The position numbers were made by a program, and so were the translations under genes. The notes below the pieces were generated by a model. That model ran no database searches, was not told where the DNA came from, and saw nothing but the letters and a program-made list of their open reading frames with translations. Positions 36,745-45,774 of a stretch of 64,000 bases of DNA are shown here, piece by piece. The stretch comes from Gammaproteobacteria bacterium. Lineage in GTDB: Bacteria; Pseudomonadota; Gammaproteobacteria; Eutrophobiales; Eutrophobiaceae. Positions within the stretch are counted from its first letter, which is position 1; every line of letters starts with the position of its first letter. Location: assembly GCA_022826885.1 (NCBI GenBank), contig JAJDUB010000070.1:49379-113378 (forward strand), given 5' to 3'.

Positions 36745-39700
36745 CTATCTGATCGATACCGGGCCTTTGGCCAGCGCAGCCTTGAGTTGGCCCTTCACTT
36801 CTTCTGCCCAGTCATCGATTTCGTCGTCCGTTTTCAGGGTGGGCCGGCGCACATTCACAAACTGAATTTTGGGTTCGCACAACTCGGCAGCGCGAACCGC
36901 GACATTGTCAAAGCGGCCGGGCAGCGCCGCAACGCGGTCGGTGAACATCGACAAACTGCAGCGGTCCAAGGTAATCAGTACATCGCTGGATGATTGCACC
37001 GCTACTGTGGGCCGGTCAGACAAGGTGAGTCGCTGTTCGGACAACAATAGATTCCGCTGCTCGGGCTCTAACTGTTGCCAGTTGCCGTCGTCTGCAAGAC
37101 GTTGCATGCCCTGTTCGTGACGGTAGGCATATTCTTCATCGAGCTTGTTGAGCTCACCCCGCAGCAGTTGGGTCAGGTTGGCGATCAGCGGCGCGGTCGG
37201 ATCCGGGTCCTCGAGAAGCTGGCGCTGATGCTCAATGGTATTCACTTGGGCCAGGATAACCTCTGCGTCCTGAACCCCGGAGGCGTGATCCATCAGGCGC
37301 GTCAATTCGTTCCAGTTGGGCCAGCGTTTGGCGATGCGTTTGCCGAGATCGTCCCAGTTATCAATGCGGTCGCTCAGTTCATCTCGCTGGTTGTAGAGGG
37401 CAAGCAGTTGCTCGTTACCCGCCGTGAGGCGGATTTCGTCAAGGGACGCGGTGTCCGGCCGAGCCGGTTTCGGCGCCTCGCCACCAGCCTGGTCGGCGAG
37501 CCCCAGCATTTTCTTCAGGAATTCCTGCACATCCTTCAATTCCTGGCCCGGATTGGCCGAGAGCCCTACCTTTGACAGCAGCTTGCGGATATCTATCCGT
37601 TGGGCAGTGGTGACGGTGGCGGATTCCACCTTGAACATCACTTTGCCAATGGTTTTGCGCTCCAGGTCCGTAGATTCGAAGGCCTGGCCGCGCTCGTCTT
37701 GTGCCTGGATCAGCCCGACCACCAACAAAACTTGTAATCCACCGTCCACGGCGTCGCGTGACCATCCGTAGGGTGCAGACTCGAACTCGGTGCGGATGTC
37801 CGCGCCTTTTTTGCCGCCGGCGATTAAACCGAGAATGGCTTTGCATACTGGGTTCCTGGTGGGTTCACCTTCATCGCCTACGGCCTTGAGTGCGTCGGGA
37901 GCGCCTTTCCGGGCCTTTTCATAAACCTTGGACCAGCCCTCGTCGTCAGCGGTGTGAAACTGGGGATAGAGTCGTTGCAGCGAGTTATTGGAGGCTTCCA
38001 GCACCATCTCCTGTAGATCGTTGCCGAGGATTTCGTTGCCGCCGCCCTGAAAGACACGTGCTCCGGAGAAGACATCTTCGAGCAGTTCATGAATCTTGCC
38101 TTCGGCCGTCTGCCTGGTGGTCTCCATGGCCGCACGGGCCTCGGCGCCTTCCGGGCCATTGGGAACACCGCGCTTATCCAGCGTGGCTACGGCAGCCTTG
38201 TAGTCGATGAGGTGGTAGCGAAGGTCATCGGCCGAGCGCTTGGGAATGAACACAAAAACGGTCGGTGACTGATTGCCCGCTTGCCTTGAGTCGGCCCGCA
38301 CCGAGTTCTCGTCAATGCTCCACCCGTCACGAACCCAGACAGAAATGCGTTGATCGGCGTCGGTCGGAAGCTGGGCGTCAAACACCGGAAAAATGTCACG
38401 GGTGACCTTCGAGTTGCCTTGGGTCAGAGAAAGTTTGCGCACCATCTCGCCGAATTTCTTGTGGATGCGGTCGTCGCGTTCTACTTCGATGTGGTGCGCT
38501 TCGTTGGACAAGGCAGAACGTTGACTCAGGAATTCGTCGCTCCAGGCCGCGCTCTCTTCGGTCTGGATGCGGTATTCGTTACCGACCTTCATCAACAGAT
38601 CGCAATTATCAAGCAGGCTTGGCAACTTGCTGCGCAAACTGCTGCTTCCGCCAGAAAGGTTTTCGACCAGTAGATCGGCGAGGGTATCAATGGTGGCCTG
38701 GATACCGATTTCATTGTTCTGGCTGCCGAGCTTGTTGATGAGGAATACCAGGCCGCAGGCGCGCGCCATAAGCTGTTCATCTTTCGTACCCTTATTCCAG
38801 GTCATCGTCTTTTCGTGGACCTTGCGCGGCAGAATGCGCGATTGGAGCAATTTGTCGGCAGAGTCGAAATAGAGATAGTCTGCCGGTACAACATGGCCTA
38901 GGGGTTCATTCAGGTTAGTTTGGATAACCTTGTGAACCATGCTGAGCTGGTTACGTAGCTGGCTGTCGGTTCCGGTCTGATCCAGGACCCGGAGGGTATT
39001 TTCCCAGAAACGCCGGCGTACCGGCAGGATGGGATAGTCCTGGGGGAAATGCTGAATGTCGTCCTGTCTGTGACCGATGCTTGTACCTGCAAGATGCCGG
39101 GAGATCTCGCCCAGGTTGGTTTGCATGATCTGTTCGATGGGCGTCTTTGCTTCCGGCTTCTTGGCCAGAATGACCTGGCGGATGACCGCATCGACGTCTG
39201 CATCGGAGAGTTCCACACGGATGGTAAACCGCGCCTCAAGCTTTTTCAGGTTGCTGGTGCCTGTCACTGCCGTCTGGCCGGTGCCGATGAAGAGCAGTTT
39301 GCCGCCAATATTCTTGCAGCAGGCTTCCACCGCCTCCTGTACGTCGATGGAGCGCTGGCTGTCTTCGCCTATGTACTGTTGCACCTCGTCAAGCGCCACC
39401 AATGTCAGCGGGAATTTGCCGTCCTTCGTCAGCGCCTGACGAATAGCCTTTAGCATGTCATCGCTGGAAACATCCTGAACGTAAGGGTAGAGGTTATTCA
39501 GGGTCTCGACGCAGGATGCGGGTGATGAAAAGAGCCCGGGCTTCGCCTGAACGAGGGCGTCATGAAGGCCCTCAGCCACGTAAAAGTTGTCCAGTTCTTC
39601 GTTCCAGTCGTAGTCGTTCCGCTCAACATGGGCACGGACCTGGTCATGGATTCCTTCTTGCGTGAGCCACATGACGAAGCGGGCGACAGGGTATTGCTCA

Positions 39701-40182
39701 GGCAATCCAACGGATTTGAAGATGATGCGCAGGAGCGCCAGTCGGACGCTGCCGCTCGCCCCGGCTCCCAGAGTGCCGGATGCCGCATGCAGGCCCCCAT
39801 GACGCTTGGCCTGGGTGCTCAGTTCCGTCAAATTATCGCCAATGTCTTGGGGCAGGTTGGCAATGCCGCGAGCCGTTGCTCCATCTTCGAAAACCGTATC
39901 CTCCCAAAGCGCACGGAGCATTTTAACGAGGTGCGATTTGCCTGAACCGAAAAAACCACTGACCCAAACGGCAGGTTGCTGCGCCTGGTCGATATTTTTC
40001 AAGTAGGTATCGAGGACATGTGACATCCCCTTTTCGTACTGACCATCACAGACGAAGGTCTCCAACTCGTAACGAAGAACTTCCAGCGCCTGGCTGGTCT
40101 TTTCGTCGTTGACGCTTGCCACACCCTCGTTGACCAGTTTTCGGGTGGCCGGATTTTTTTGGTAAATATCGCGATTATTCAT
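36745..40182 (-). CDS. brxC: BREX P-loop ATPase BrxC
   Basis: VWVSGFFGSGKSH Walker A, LVALDEVQQYI Walker B, APYGWSRD motif, coiled-coil-like C-terminus. Start re-called to MNNRDIY. Confidence 0.92.
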   Translation of the reverse strand: MNNRDIYQKNPATRKLVNEGVASVNDEKTSQALEVLRYELETFVCDGQYEKGMSHVLDTYLKNIDQAQQPAVWVSGFFGSGKSHLVKMLRALWEDTVFEDGATARGIANLPQDIGDNLTELSTQAKRHGGLHAASGTLGAGASGSVRLALLRIIFKSVGLPEQYPVARFVMWLTQEGIHDQVRAHVERNDYDWNEELDNFYVAEGLHDALVQAKPGLFSSPASCVETLNNLYPYVQDVSSDDMLKAIRQALTKDGKFPLTLVALDEVQQYIGEDSQRSIDVQEAVEACCKNIGGKLLFIGTGQTAVTGTSNLKKLEARFTIRVELSDADVDAVIRQVILAKKPEAKTPIEQIMQTNLGEISRHLAGTSIGHRQDDIQHFPQDYPILPVRRRFWENTLRVLDQTGTDSQLRNQLSMVHKVIQTNLNEPLGHVVPADYLYFDSADKLLQSRILPRKVHEKTMTWNKGTKDEQLMARACGLVFLINKLGSQNNEIGIQATIDTLADLLVENLSGGSSSLRSKLPSLLDNCDLLMKVGNEYRIQTEESAAWSDEFLSQRSALSNEAHHIEVERDDRIHKKFGEMVRKLSLTQGNSKVTRDIFPVFDAQLPTDADQRISVWVRDGWSIDENSVRADSRQAGNQSPTVFVFIPKRSADDLRYHLIDYKAAVATLDKRGVPNGPEGAEARAAMETTRQTAEGKIHELLEDVFSGARVFQGGGNEILGNDLQEMVLEASNNSLQRLYPQFHTADDEGWSKVYEKARKGAPDALKAVGDEGEPTRNPVCKAILGLIAGGKKGADIRTEFESAPYGWSRDAVDGGLQVLLVVGLIQAQDERGQAFESTDLERKTIGKVMFKVESATVTTAQRIDIRKLLSKVGLSANPGQELKDVQEFLKKMLGLADQAGGEAPKPARPDTASLDEIRLTAGNEQLLALYNQRDELSDRIDNWDDLGKRIAKRWPNWNELTRLMDHASGVQDAEVILAQVNTIEHQRQLLEDPDPTAPLIANLTQLLRGELNKLDEEYAYRHEQGMQRLADDGNWQQLEPEQRNLLLSEQRLTLSDRPTVAVQSSSDVLITLDRCSLSMFTDRVAALPGRFDNVAVRAAELCEPKIQFVNVRRPTLKTDDEIDDWAEEVKGQLKAALAKGPVSIR

Positions 40183-40196
40183 TATCAAACCCTTAT

Positions 40197-40748
40197 TCAA
40201 TATTCTTTGTCCGCAGTGATTGGTACAGCGAGATAATTCCACCCGTCATAGCCATCCAGTAGCCTGTAGTTGTTGTCCTCAAAACTGCCCGGGAAGAAGA
40301 CCAATAGCCTTCCGGTGACCATGGGGGCTAACTTGTCGACGACTTCTTTCACCTTCAAAAAGCCGAAGAGCGACCCGACACCTTGAATTGCCACGACGGA
40401 ATTCGCTCCGGTGTCGTTCTCTTGAAGGAACTTCTCAAACTCATCGGCGATGAAAGCAGGGTACTTCGGTAGCAACGTGGAGAGCAAATGTGGCTCCTGG
40501 AAGTAACTCCTGGCGTACCGTTGTGAGGCGAGCCAATTGGCAAAGGTATCCGTCAGGTCGAACATGGCCCACTCATGGTTTGCCTGTCGCGTGACAATTT
40601 CAAATTCACCGACTTTAGCCCGCAATGAGCGTTCTTCGTTTTCGTTGTAAACACAGAAGATCACGCGCTGTGCAGCAGCGGCATCATCGCGCCACGGGAT
40701 GGAGATATATTTGCTGTACGATTGTATAAGCCGTTTAATTCTGCTCAC
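40197..40748 (-). CDS. brxB: BREX protein BrxB (DUF1788)
   Basis: GVGSLFGF...GRLLVFFPG...YRLLD...NYLA motifs; size and position directly before brxC. Confidence 0.85.
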   Translation of the reverse strand: MSRIKRLIQSYSKYISIPWRDDAAAAQRVIFCVYNENEERSLRAKVGEFEIVTRQANHEWAMFDLTDTFANWLASQRYARSYFQEPHLLSTLLPKYPAFIADEFEKFLQENDTGANSVVAIQGVGSLFGFLKVKEVVDKLAPMVTGRLLVFFPGSFEDNNYRLLDGYDGWNYLAVPITADKEY

Positions 40749-41526
40749 GGAGCCGCTCCATTTCTTCTTGATTGATCAGGTTCGGGAACAGAACCTCAAT
40801 GACATCACTCACACGCTTGAATACGATCCATCCTTTTCGAGAGGCCTCTTCGGCAAGCTCAATGGTCTTGTCAAAGGTGCGGTCAAGCAACTTGATATAT
40901 TCTGATTGAAAAAGTGCCTGTCCCCGCACGCCTGTGAGATAGCTGAGGAGCAAAGCGTAGGAAACACTCCCGGCGGTTGGATTGGCTCGGGTGCGCACCT
41001 TTCTGACGCGACCAAGGAGGTGGCCGGATTTGGTCCAAGTCGAATTGATGTTCTGAGCGGTCGATGTGAGTGTTGCCTTGCTGAAGCGACCAGGCTCCTG
41101 GCTGTCGATAAACTCCTCCAGAGACTCACGGGTAATCGTTGTTCCTTCTGGAAACTTTAGAATGAATGTTGCCGTCGAGCGGAAAATAGGGTCCCGAGCG
41201 TATGTGCAGAGTAGCGCCAGTAAGGGTCTGCCATCTATGTCACGATTCCAAAAATAGAGTAGAGACCGAAAAATGACATTGGTGCGATCGAGTGAGTAAA
41301 GATCAACCAGGTGTCGATACGTGAGAATGCGAGTTTTACCGGAACGTTTGCCCAAACAATTTTCATCATCTATGGCTCGGAGGTAATCCCTCTTATCAGC
41401 TTCAGGATGTTCGACATAGGCCAATAAGGCGATTAGTTCCTCAAGCATCATTGTGCGGGCACTATGAGCGCCAGCACGTTTGAAGCTGAATCCGAACTGG
41501 GCTAAATGTCTGTTTTTTTTCGTCAT
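40735..41526 (-). CDS. brxA: BrxA-like protein (first gene of the BREX operon)
   Basis: ENCLGKRS, ARDPIF and FSKATLTSTAQNINSTWTKSGHL resemble BrxA-type proteins; overlaps the brxB start. Start re-called to MTKKNRH. The assignment is partly positional. Confidence 0.65.
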   Translation of the reverse strand: MTKKNRHLAQFGFSFKRAGAHSARTMMLEELIALLAYVEHPEADKRDYLRAIDDENCLGKRSGKTRILTYRHLVDLYSLDRTNVIFRSLLYFWNRDIDGRPLLALLCTYARDPIFRSTATFILKFPEGTTITRESLEEFIDSQEPGRFSKATLTSTAQNINSTWTKSGHLLGRVRKVRTRANPTAGSVSYALLLSYLTGVRGQALFQSEYIKLLDRTFDKTIELAEEASRKGWIVFKRVSDVIEVLFPNLINQEEMERLREQN

Positions 41527-41679
41527 GCTTGCTACTGGTCTTACTGGCTCTTCCTCAAAGGAAACTGCAATTTTACATCCTGTCATTTGATGCTGATCAA
41601 CAAAATAGCATCTTTTCCACTGGTATCCCGAATACTGGTTAAATGAATTCAAACAGTTGGACATTGTATGACATGCCTG

Positions 41680-42981
41680 TCAACCTGTCCTGGTCAGCAT
41701 CGCGTAATAAAACCCGTCTGTATTATCCAAGCAAGGCAGCAGTTGGCGGCCATGGGCAGTAGCGGCTCCCCATTGTGACCGGATCGTCTCCAGATTTGCC
41801 GAAGAATGGTTTTCAAGGAATGTTTCGACTACCCGGTCGTTTTCCGCACTCAACATGGAACAGGTTGAATAGACCAGTCTGCCGCCCGGTCTCAGTAACG
41901 GCCACAGGGCTGCCAGCAGTCCTGTCTGGCTACGTTGCAACGCGGGGATCTGTCCCGGTGTTTTCAGGCGTTTGATGTCCGGATGGCGGCGGATGACCCC
42001 GGTGGCGCTGCACGGCGCGTCTACCAGGATGCGGTCATACAGGCCGCCGTCCCACCAGGTGTCCGGGCTGGCCGCATCCGCCCTGGTTACGGTTGCCTCC
42101 AGCTTCAGCCTGTTCAGGGTGTCGCGTAGCAGCGTCAGGCGTTTCTCATCGACGTCCAGGGCCGTTATTTCGGCAATGGCCGGTTGCAGTTCGCAGATAT
42201 GGGCGGTTTTCCCGCCGGGCGCTGCACAGGCGTCAAGGACCCTGTCTCCCGGTTGCGGGTCCAGCAGGATTGCCGCAAGCTGGGCGCCGGCATCCTGTAC
42301 CGATACGTGGCCGCCATCGAAACCGGGTAACCGGTTGACTTCAACCGGATCCAGCACCTGAACCGCGCAGGGCGTCGCGTCACATGATTGTGCCCGGATC
42401 CCGGCCTGTCGCAAATCTTCCAGGTAACTTTCTCTGGAACTGCGCAATACGTTTACTCGCAGGTGTTGCGGCGGCCGTTGATTATTCGCCTGTAAAATGG
42501 CTTCCCACAGGTCGGGCCAGTCCTGTTTGACGCTGTCCAACAGCCATCCCGGGTGGGAATAGTACGCAGCGGGGTACAAGCCAAGTTCCATTTTGAGCTG
42601 CAAGTATTCACGTTGCGAGCGCCTCAGCACCGCGTTGACCAAGGATTTTGCCCATTCCTTGCCGAGTTCAGCCGTCGCGTTTACCGTTTCCGAAGTGGCT
42701 GCATGGGCGGGTGTGTCCAGGTAGTGCAGTTGATAGAGACCGACCAGGATAAGTATCCTGATATCGCTGTCCCGCGCTTTCAGGGGTTTGTCCAGGTACC
42801 GTTCCAGAAGGAATTCCAGTTGATCGAACCAGCGCAGGGTCCCGAAGCAAAGTTCCTTGACGAACCCGCGATCGTCCCGGCGTTCGATAACAGGCAGGTA
42901 CTCTGCCAGCGCTGCATCCAGGGTCAGTCCGGTATCGGCAACCCGCCAGACGGCCTTTGCGGCAAGCGCGCGGAGGTTCAT
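41680..42981 (-). CDS. rsmB: 16S rRNA m5C967 methyltransferase RsmB
   Basis: NusB-like N-terminus (LVNAVLRR), VLDACAAPGGKT, ILVDAPCSATG, LVYSTCS and DGFYYA. Confidence 0.96.
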   Translation of the reverse strand: MNLRALAAKAVWRVADTGLTLDAALAEYLPVIERRDDRGFVKELCFGTLRWFDQLEFLLERYLDKPLKARDSDIRILILVGLYQLHYLDTPAHAATSETVNATAELGKEWAKSLVNAVLRRSQREYLQLKMELGLYPAAYYSHPGWLLDSVKQDWPDLWEAILQANNQRPPQHLRVNVLRSSRESYLEDLRQAGIRAQSCDATPCAVQVLDPVEVNRLPGFDGGHVSVQDAGAQLAAILLDPQPGDRVLDACAAPGGKTAHICELQPAIAEITALDVDEKRLTLLRDTLNRLKLEATVTRADAASPDTWWDGGLYDRILVDAPCSATGVIRRHPDIKRLKTPGQIPALQRSQTGLLAALWPLLRPGGRLVYSTCSMLSAENDRVVETFLENHSSANLETIRSQWGAATAHGRQLLPCLDNTDGFYYAMLTRTG

Positions 42982-43904
42982 TATTCCGGAACGAAAAGGC
43001 GGGGATAGCCGTTATGGATCTCCCTGATGCCCTGTTTTTTCTTCCCTTCCAGTTGCAGGGTGAGAATGCGCAAGGTTCCGCTTCCGGTCGTGACGTCCAG
43101 TCCTTCGGGGCCGTAGGCAATGATTTCGCCGGGTTTGCCGTTTTGCACTCCGGTATCCAGGGTTATGGCTTCCCAGACGCGAATTTTCACGTCATTCAGA
43201 CTGGTAAACGCTACCGGCGCCGGGTTGAATGCGCGAATAGTTCTCTCTATCTGTTCCGTCCCGGCATGCCAGTCAATCTCCGCCTCCTGCTTGGTGACTT
43301 TGTGGGCATACGCGGCCGCGCCGTCATCCTGTTCGCTCCACTCGGCGGTGCCTGCCACCAGCCTGTCCAGTGCCTCCAGCAGGCATTCGCTCCCGAGGGA
43401 TGCAAGTCGGTTCGAAAGCGATAATGCGGTATCAGTGTTACCGATAACACAGGATTTCTGCAGCAGGATTTTCCCGGTATCGATGCCGCTGTCCATGAGC
43501 ATGATGGAGACCCCTGTTTCCCTGTCGCCCGCCTGGATCGCCCGTTGAACGGGAGCAGCGCCGCGCCACCTGGGCAGTAACGAGGTGTGGACGTTGATGC
43601 AACCGTATTGGGGTCCTGACAGGACTGTTGCCGGGAGAATCAGGCCGTAAGCGACGACGACCAATGCATCGACTCCCTCCAGGTCAGAGTCCTGCGCCAG
43701 TTCGGACGGGGTCGCGGGTTGTTTAACGGGGATTACGAATTGTTGCGCGATCTGCTTGACCGGACTCGGACGGGCCTTCCTGCCGCGCCCCGCCGGCCGG
43801 TCGGGTTGGGTGTAAACATGCCGGATTCGGTGCTGCGGGGTATCGATCAGCGCGCCCAGAAGGACTGCCGCGATATCAGGCGTGCCGGCAAAAGCGAGGT
43901 TCAC
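42981..43904 (-). CDS. fmt: Methionyl-tRNA formyltransferase
   Basis: FAGTPD, TQPDRPAGRG and INVHTSLLPRWRGAAP; lies between def and rsmB. Confidence 0.96.
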   Translation of the reverse strand: MNLAFAGTPDIAAVLLGALIDTPQHRIRHVYTQPDRPAGRGRKARPSPVKQIAQQFVIPVKQPATPSELAQDSDLEGVDALVVVAYGLILPATVLSGPQYGCINVHTSLLPRWRGAAPVQRAIQAGDRETGVSIMLMDSGIDTGKILLQKSCVIGNTDTALSLSNRLASLGSECLLEALDRLVAGTAEWSEQDDGAAAYAHKVTKQEAEIDWHAGTEQIERTIRAFNPAPVAFTSLNDVKIRVWEAITLDTGVQNGKPGEIIAYGPEGLDVTTGSGTLRILTLQLEGKKKQGIREIHNGYPRLFVPE

Positions 43905-44407
43905 AAGGCGCGGATCTTGTTCTGCTTCTCTATTTTCTTGCGCACGCGCCGCCGTTTTATCGGGGACAGGTAATCGATGAACAGTTTTCCGTCAAGATGA
44001 TCGATTTCATGCTGTATGCAGACTGCGCGCAGTCCGTCGGCTTCCGCTTCGATTTCCTCACCGTCCAGGTTGAGGTAACGGTAGGAGATTTTTTCCGCCC
44101 GTTGCACCAGCTCGGTAAATCCGGGTACCGAAAGGCAGCCTTCCTCCATTTCCTCAGTTCCGGATTTTTCCATAATTTCCGGGTTGACCAGCGTTAGCGG
44201 TTCGTTTCTCTCCGCCGAGAGGTCCATGACGACGACCCGTTGCTGCACGTCCACCTGGGTGGCGGCCAGGCCGATGCCGTTTTCTGCATACATGGTTTCC
44301 AGCATGTCCCGGGCGAACTGCCTGACCTGCGCGTCCACGGCGGCAACGGGACGCGCCTTCTTGCGCAATCGGGGGTCGGGAAAATGTAATACGGTTAATC
44401 TTGACAT
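43901..44407 (-). CDS. def: Peptide deformylase
   Basis: GIGLAATQ, EGCLS and QHEIDHLDG motifs. Start re-called to MSRLTVL. Confidence 0.97.
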   Translation of the reverse strand: MSRLTVLHFPDPRLRKKARPVAAVDAQVRQFARDMLETMYAENGIGLAATQVDVQQRVVVMDLSAERNEPLTLVNPEIMEKSGTEEMEEGCLSVPGFTELVQRAEKISYRYLNLDGEEIEAEADGLRAVCIQHEIDHLDGKLFIDYLSPIKRRRVRKKIEKQNKIRAL

Positions 44408-44591
44408 TGGATGCCTGCTCAATTCTGCCGGGTAAGCCTTTGACCATTATCCATAAAAAAAGTGCCGCGGGCAATGCGGGAATTGAGGTGTTTGACTCCT
44501 TCCCTGATTCGCTCTACGCTTTTACATATTCCACATTGCATGCCTTCGCAGGCATCAGCAGAATTTTCTTGACATGTCAGGGAGGATATCG

Positions 44592-45737
44592 GTGAACACA
44601 ATCATGGACGGGGCTTCAGAACATTCCCAAACATATGCCTGGCTGGCGCTGTTGCATGCCGCGGCTGCGGCTGAGCATGACCTGTCTCAATTGCTGCGGG
44701 ACTTCGGGACTGCACAGGCCGTGCTGAATGCAGCCAGGGCCGGGGCAATCGACCGTTACCACTTGCCGGGGTCCGTCTTCGAGGTGCTGCGAAAACCTGA
44801 CGCGAAAGAAATTGAACGCGCATTGCGATGCCTGGAACGTCCGGATTACCACCTGGTCCCGCTTGACAGTCCACATTACCCGGCTATATTGAAACAGATA
44901 GCGGCGCCGCCGCCATGCCTGTTCGTACGCGGTGACCCGGAAGTGCTGGGGAGTTGCCAGGTTGCCCTGGTCGGGAGTCGAAAACCTACCATGGACGGAC
45001 GCAGGGACGCCCGCTATTTTGCCGGGGAACTGGCAAGGCAGGGGATTACGGTGACCAGCGGCCTAGCCCGGGGGATAGATACGGAAGCGCACCGGGGAGC
45101 GCTGGGGCAACAGGGCAGGACCGTGGCGGTGCTGGGTAACGGGCTGGATTGCATCTATCCGAAGTCCAATGCGGAACTGGCAGACAGGATCAGTGAAAGC
45201 GGCGCCCTGGTGTCCGAATTCCCCCTGTCCTGGCGGCCGCTGCCGTACAATTTCCCGCGCAGAAACCGGGTTATAAGCGGCCTGAGCAAGGCGGTCCTGG
45301 TGGTTGAGGCGGCCCGCAGGAGCGGTTCGCTGAGCACGGCAAGGCATGCACTGGAACAGAATCGGGAGGTGTTCGCAGTGCCGGGATCCATCAGGAACCC
45401 GATGAAACAGGGTTGCCACGGCCTGTTGCGCGAAGGGGCCGGTCTCGCGGAGCGGGTGGAAGATATTACGGGCGTTATCGGCCGGTTCCGTAACCTTGAA
45501 GAGATTTCCCAGGCAGGAGGCTCAGTCCGGGCCGGGAAGATCAATACACTTGACGAACGGGAAAAAGTGCTGCTTGATAATATAGGGTACGAACCGACAG
45601 GCCTGGATGAAATTGTGGACATGACCGGACTCGGTATCGAGGACATCATGGGAAAGTTGTTGAACCTGGAACTGGAAGGGTTGATCACGGCGGTTGCGCC
45701 GGGCCTGTACATGCGTGCGGAACGGGAACCGTCGTAG
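44592..45737 (+). CDS. dprA: DNA-processing protein DprA
   Basis: VGSR, VTSGLARGID, FPRRNRVISGLS and AARRSGSL; C-terminal winged helix. GTG start after GGAGGA (alternative ATG at 44604). Confidence 0.95.
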   Translation: MNTIMDGASEHSQTYAWLALLHAAAAAEHDLSQLLRDFGTAQAVLNAARAGAIDRYHLPGSVFEVLRKPDAKEIERALRCLERPDYHLVPLDSPHYPAILKQIAAPPPCLFVRGDPEVLGSCQVALVGSRKPTMDGRRDARYFAGELARQGITVTSGLARGIDTEAHRGALGQQGRTVAVLGNGLDCIYPKSNAELADRISESGALVSEFPLSWRPLPYNFPRRNRVISGLSKAVLVVEAARRSGSLSTARHALEQNREVFAVPGSIRNPMKQGCHGLLREGAGLAERVEDITGVIGRFRNLEEISQAGGSVRAGKINTLDEREKVLLDNIGYEPTGLDEIVDMTGLGIEDIMGKLLNLELEGLITAVAPGLYMRAEREPS

Positions 45738-45774
45738 TGAATTTTGAGAATAACAATAAAGCGTGTAAGAAAAT

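Larger units (their letters stand above)
23411..41526 (-). other. Type 1-like BREX anti-phage locus (brxA-brxB-brxC-pglX-[three nested genes]-pglZ-brxL)
   Basis: All six core genes are recognisable, co-oriented and in canonical BREX-1 order, several with overlapping or adjacent start/stop codons. Confidence 0.9.
2480..41679. mobile_element. Putative genomic island (catabolic cluster plus BREX) interrupting the rsmB-DUF4390-ntrY gene order; boundaries approximate
   Basis: rsmB and DUF4390-ntrY are adjacent in many Beta/Gammaproteobacteria. Here they are co-oriented but 39 kb apart. No integrase, transposase or att repeat was seen. Confidence 0.45.

Noticed and set aside
41669-41682. TGACA-N4-TGTCA palindrome and TTGACA...TACAAT at the rsmB stop as a BREX promoter or att site
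   Set aside because: The -35/-10 spacing is only 9 nt, the stem is 5 bp, and no matching copy was found at the other island boundaries.
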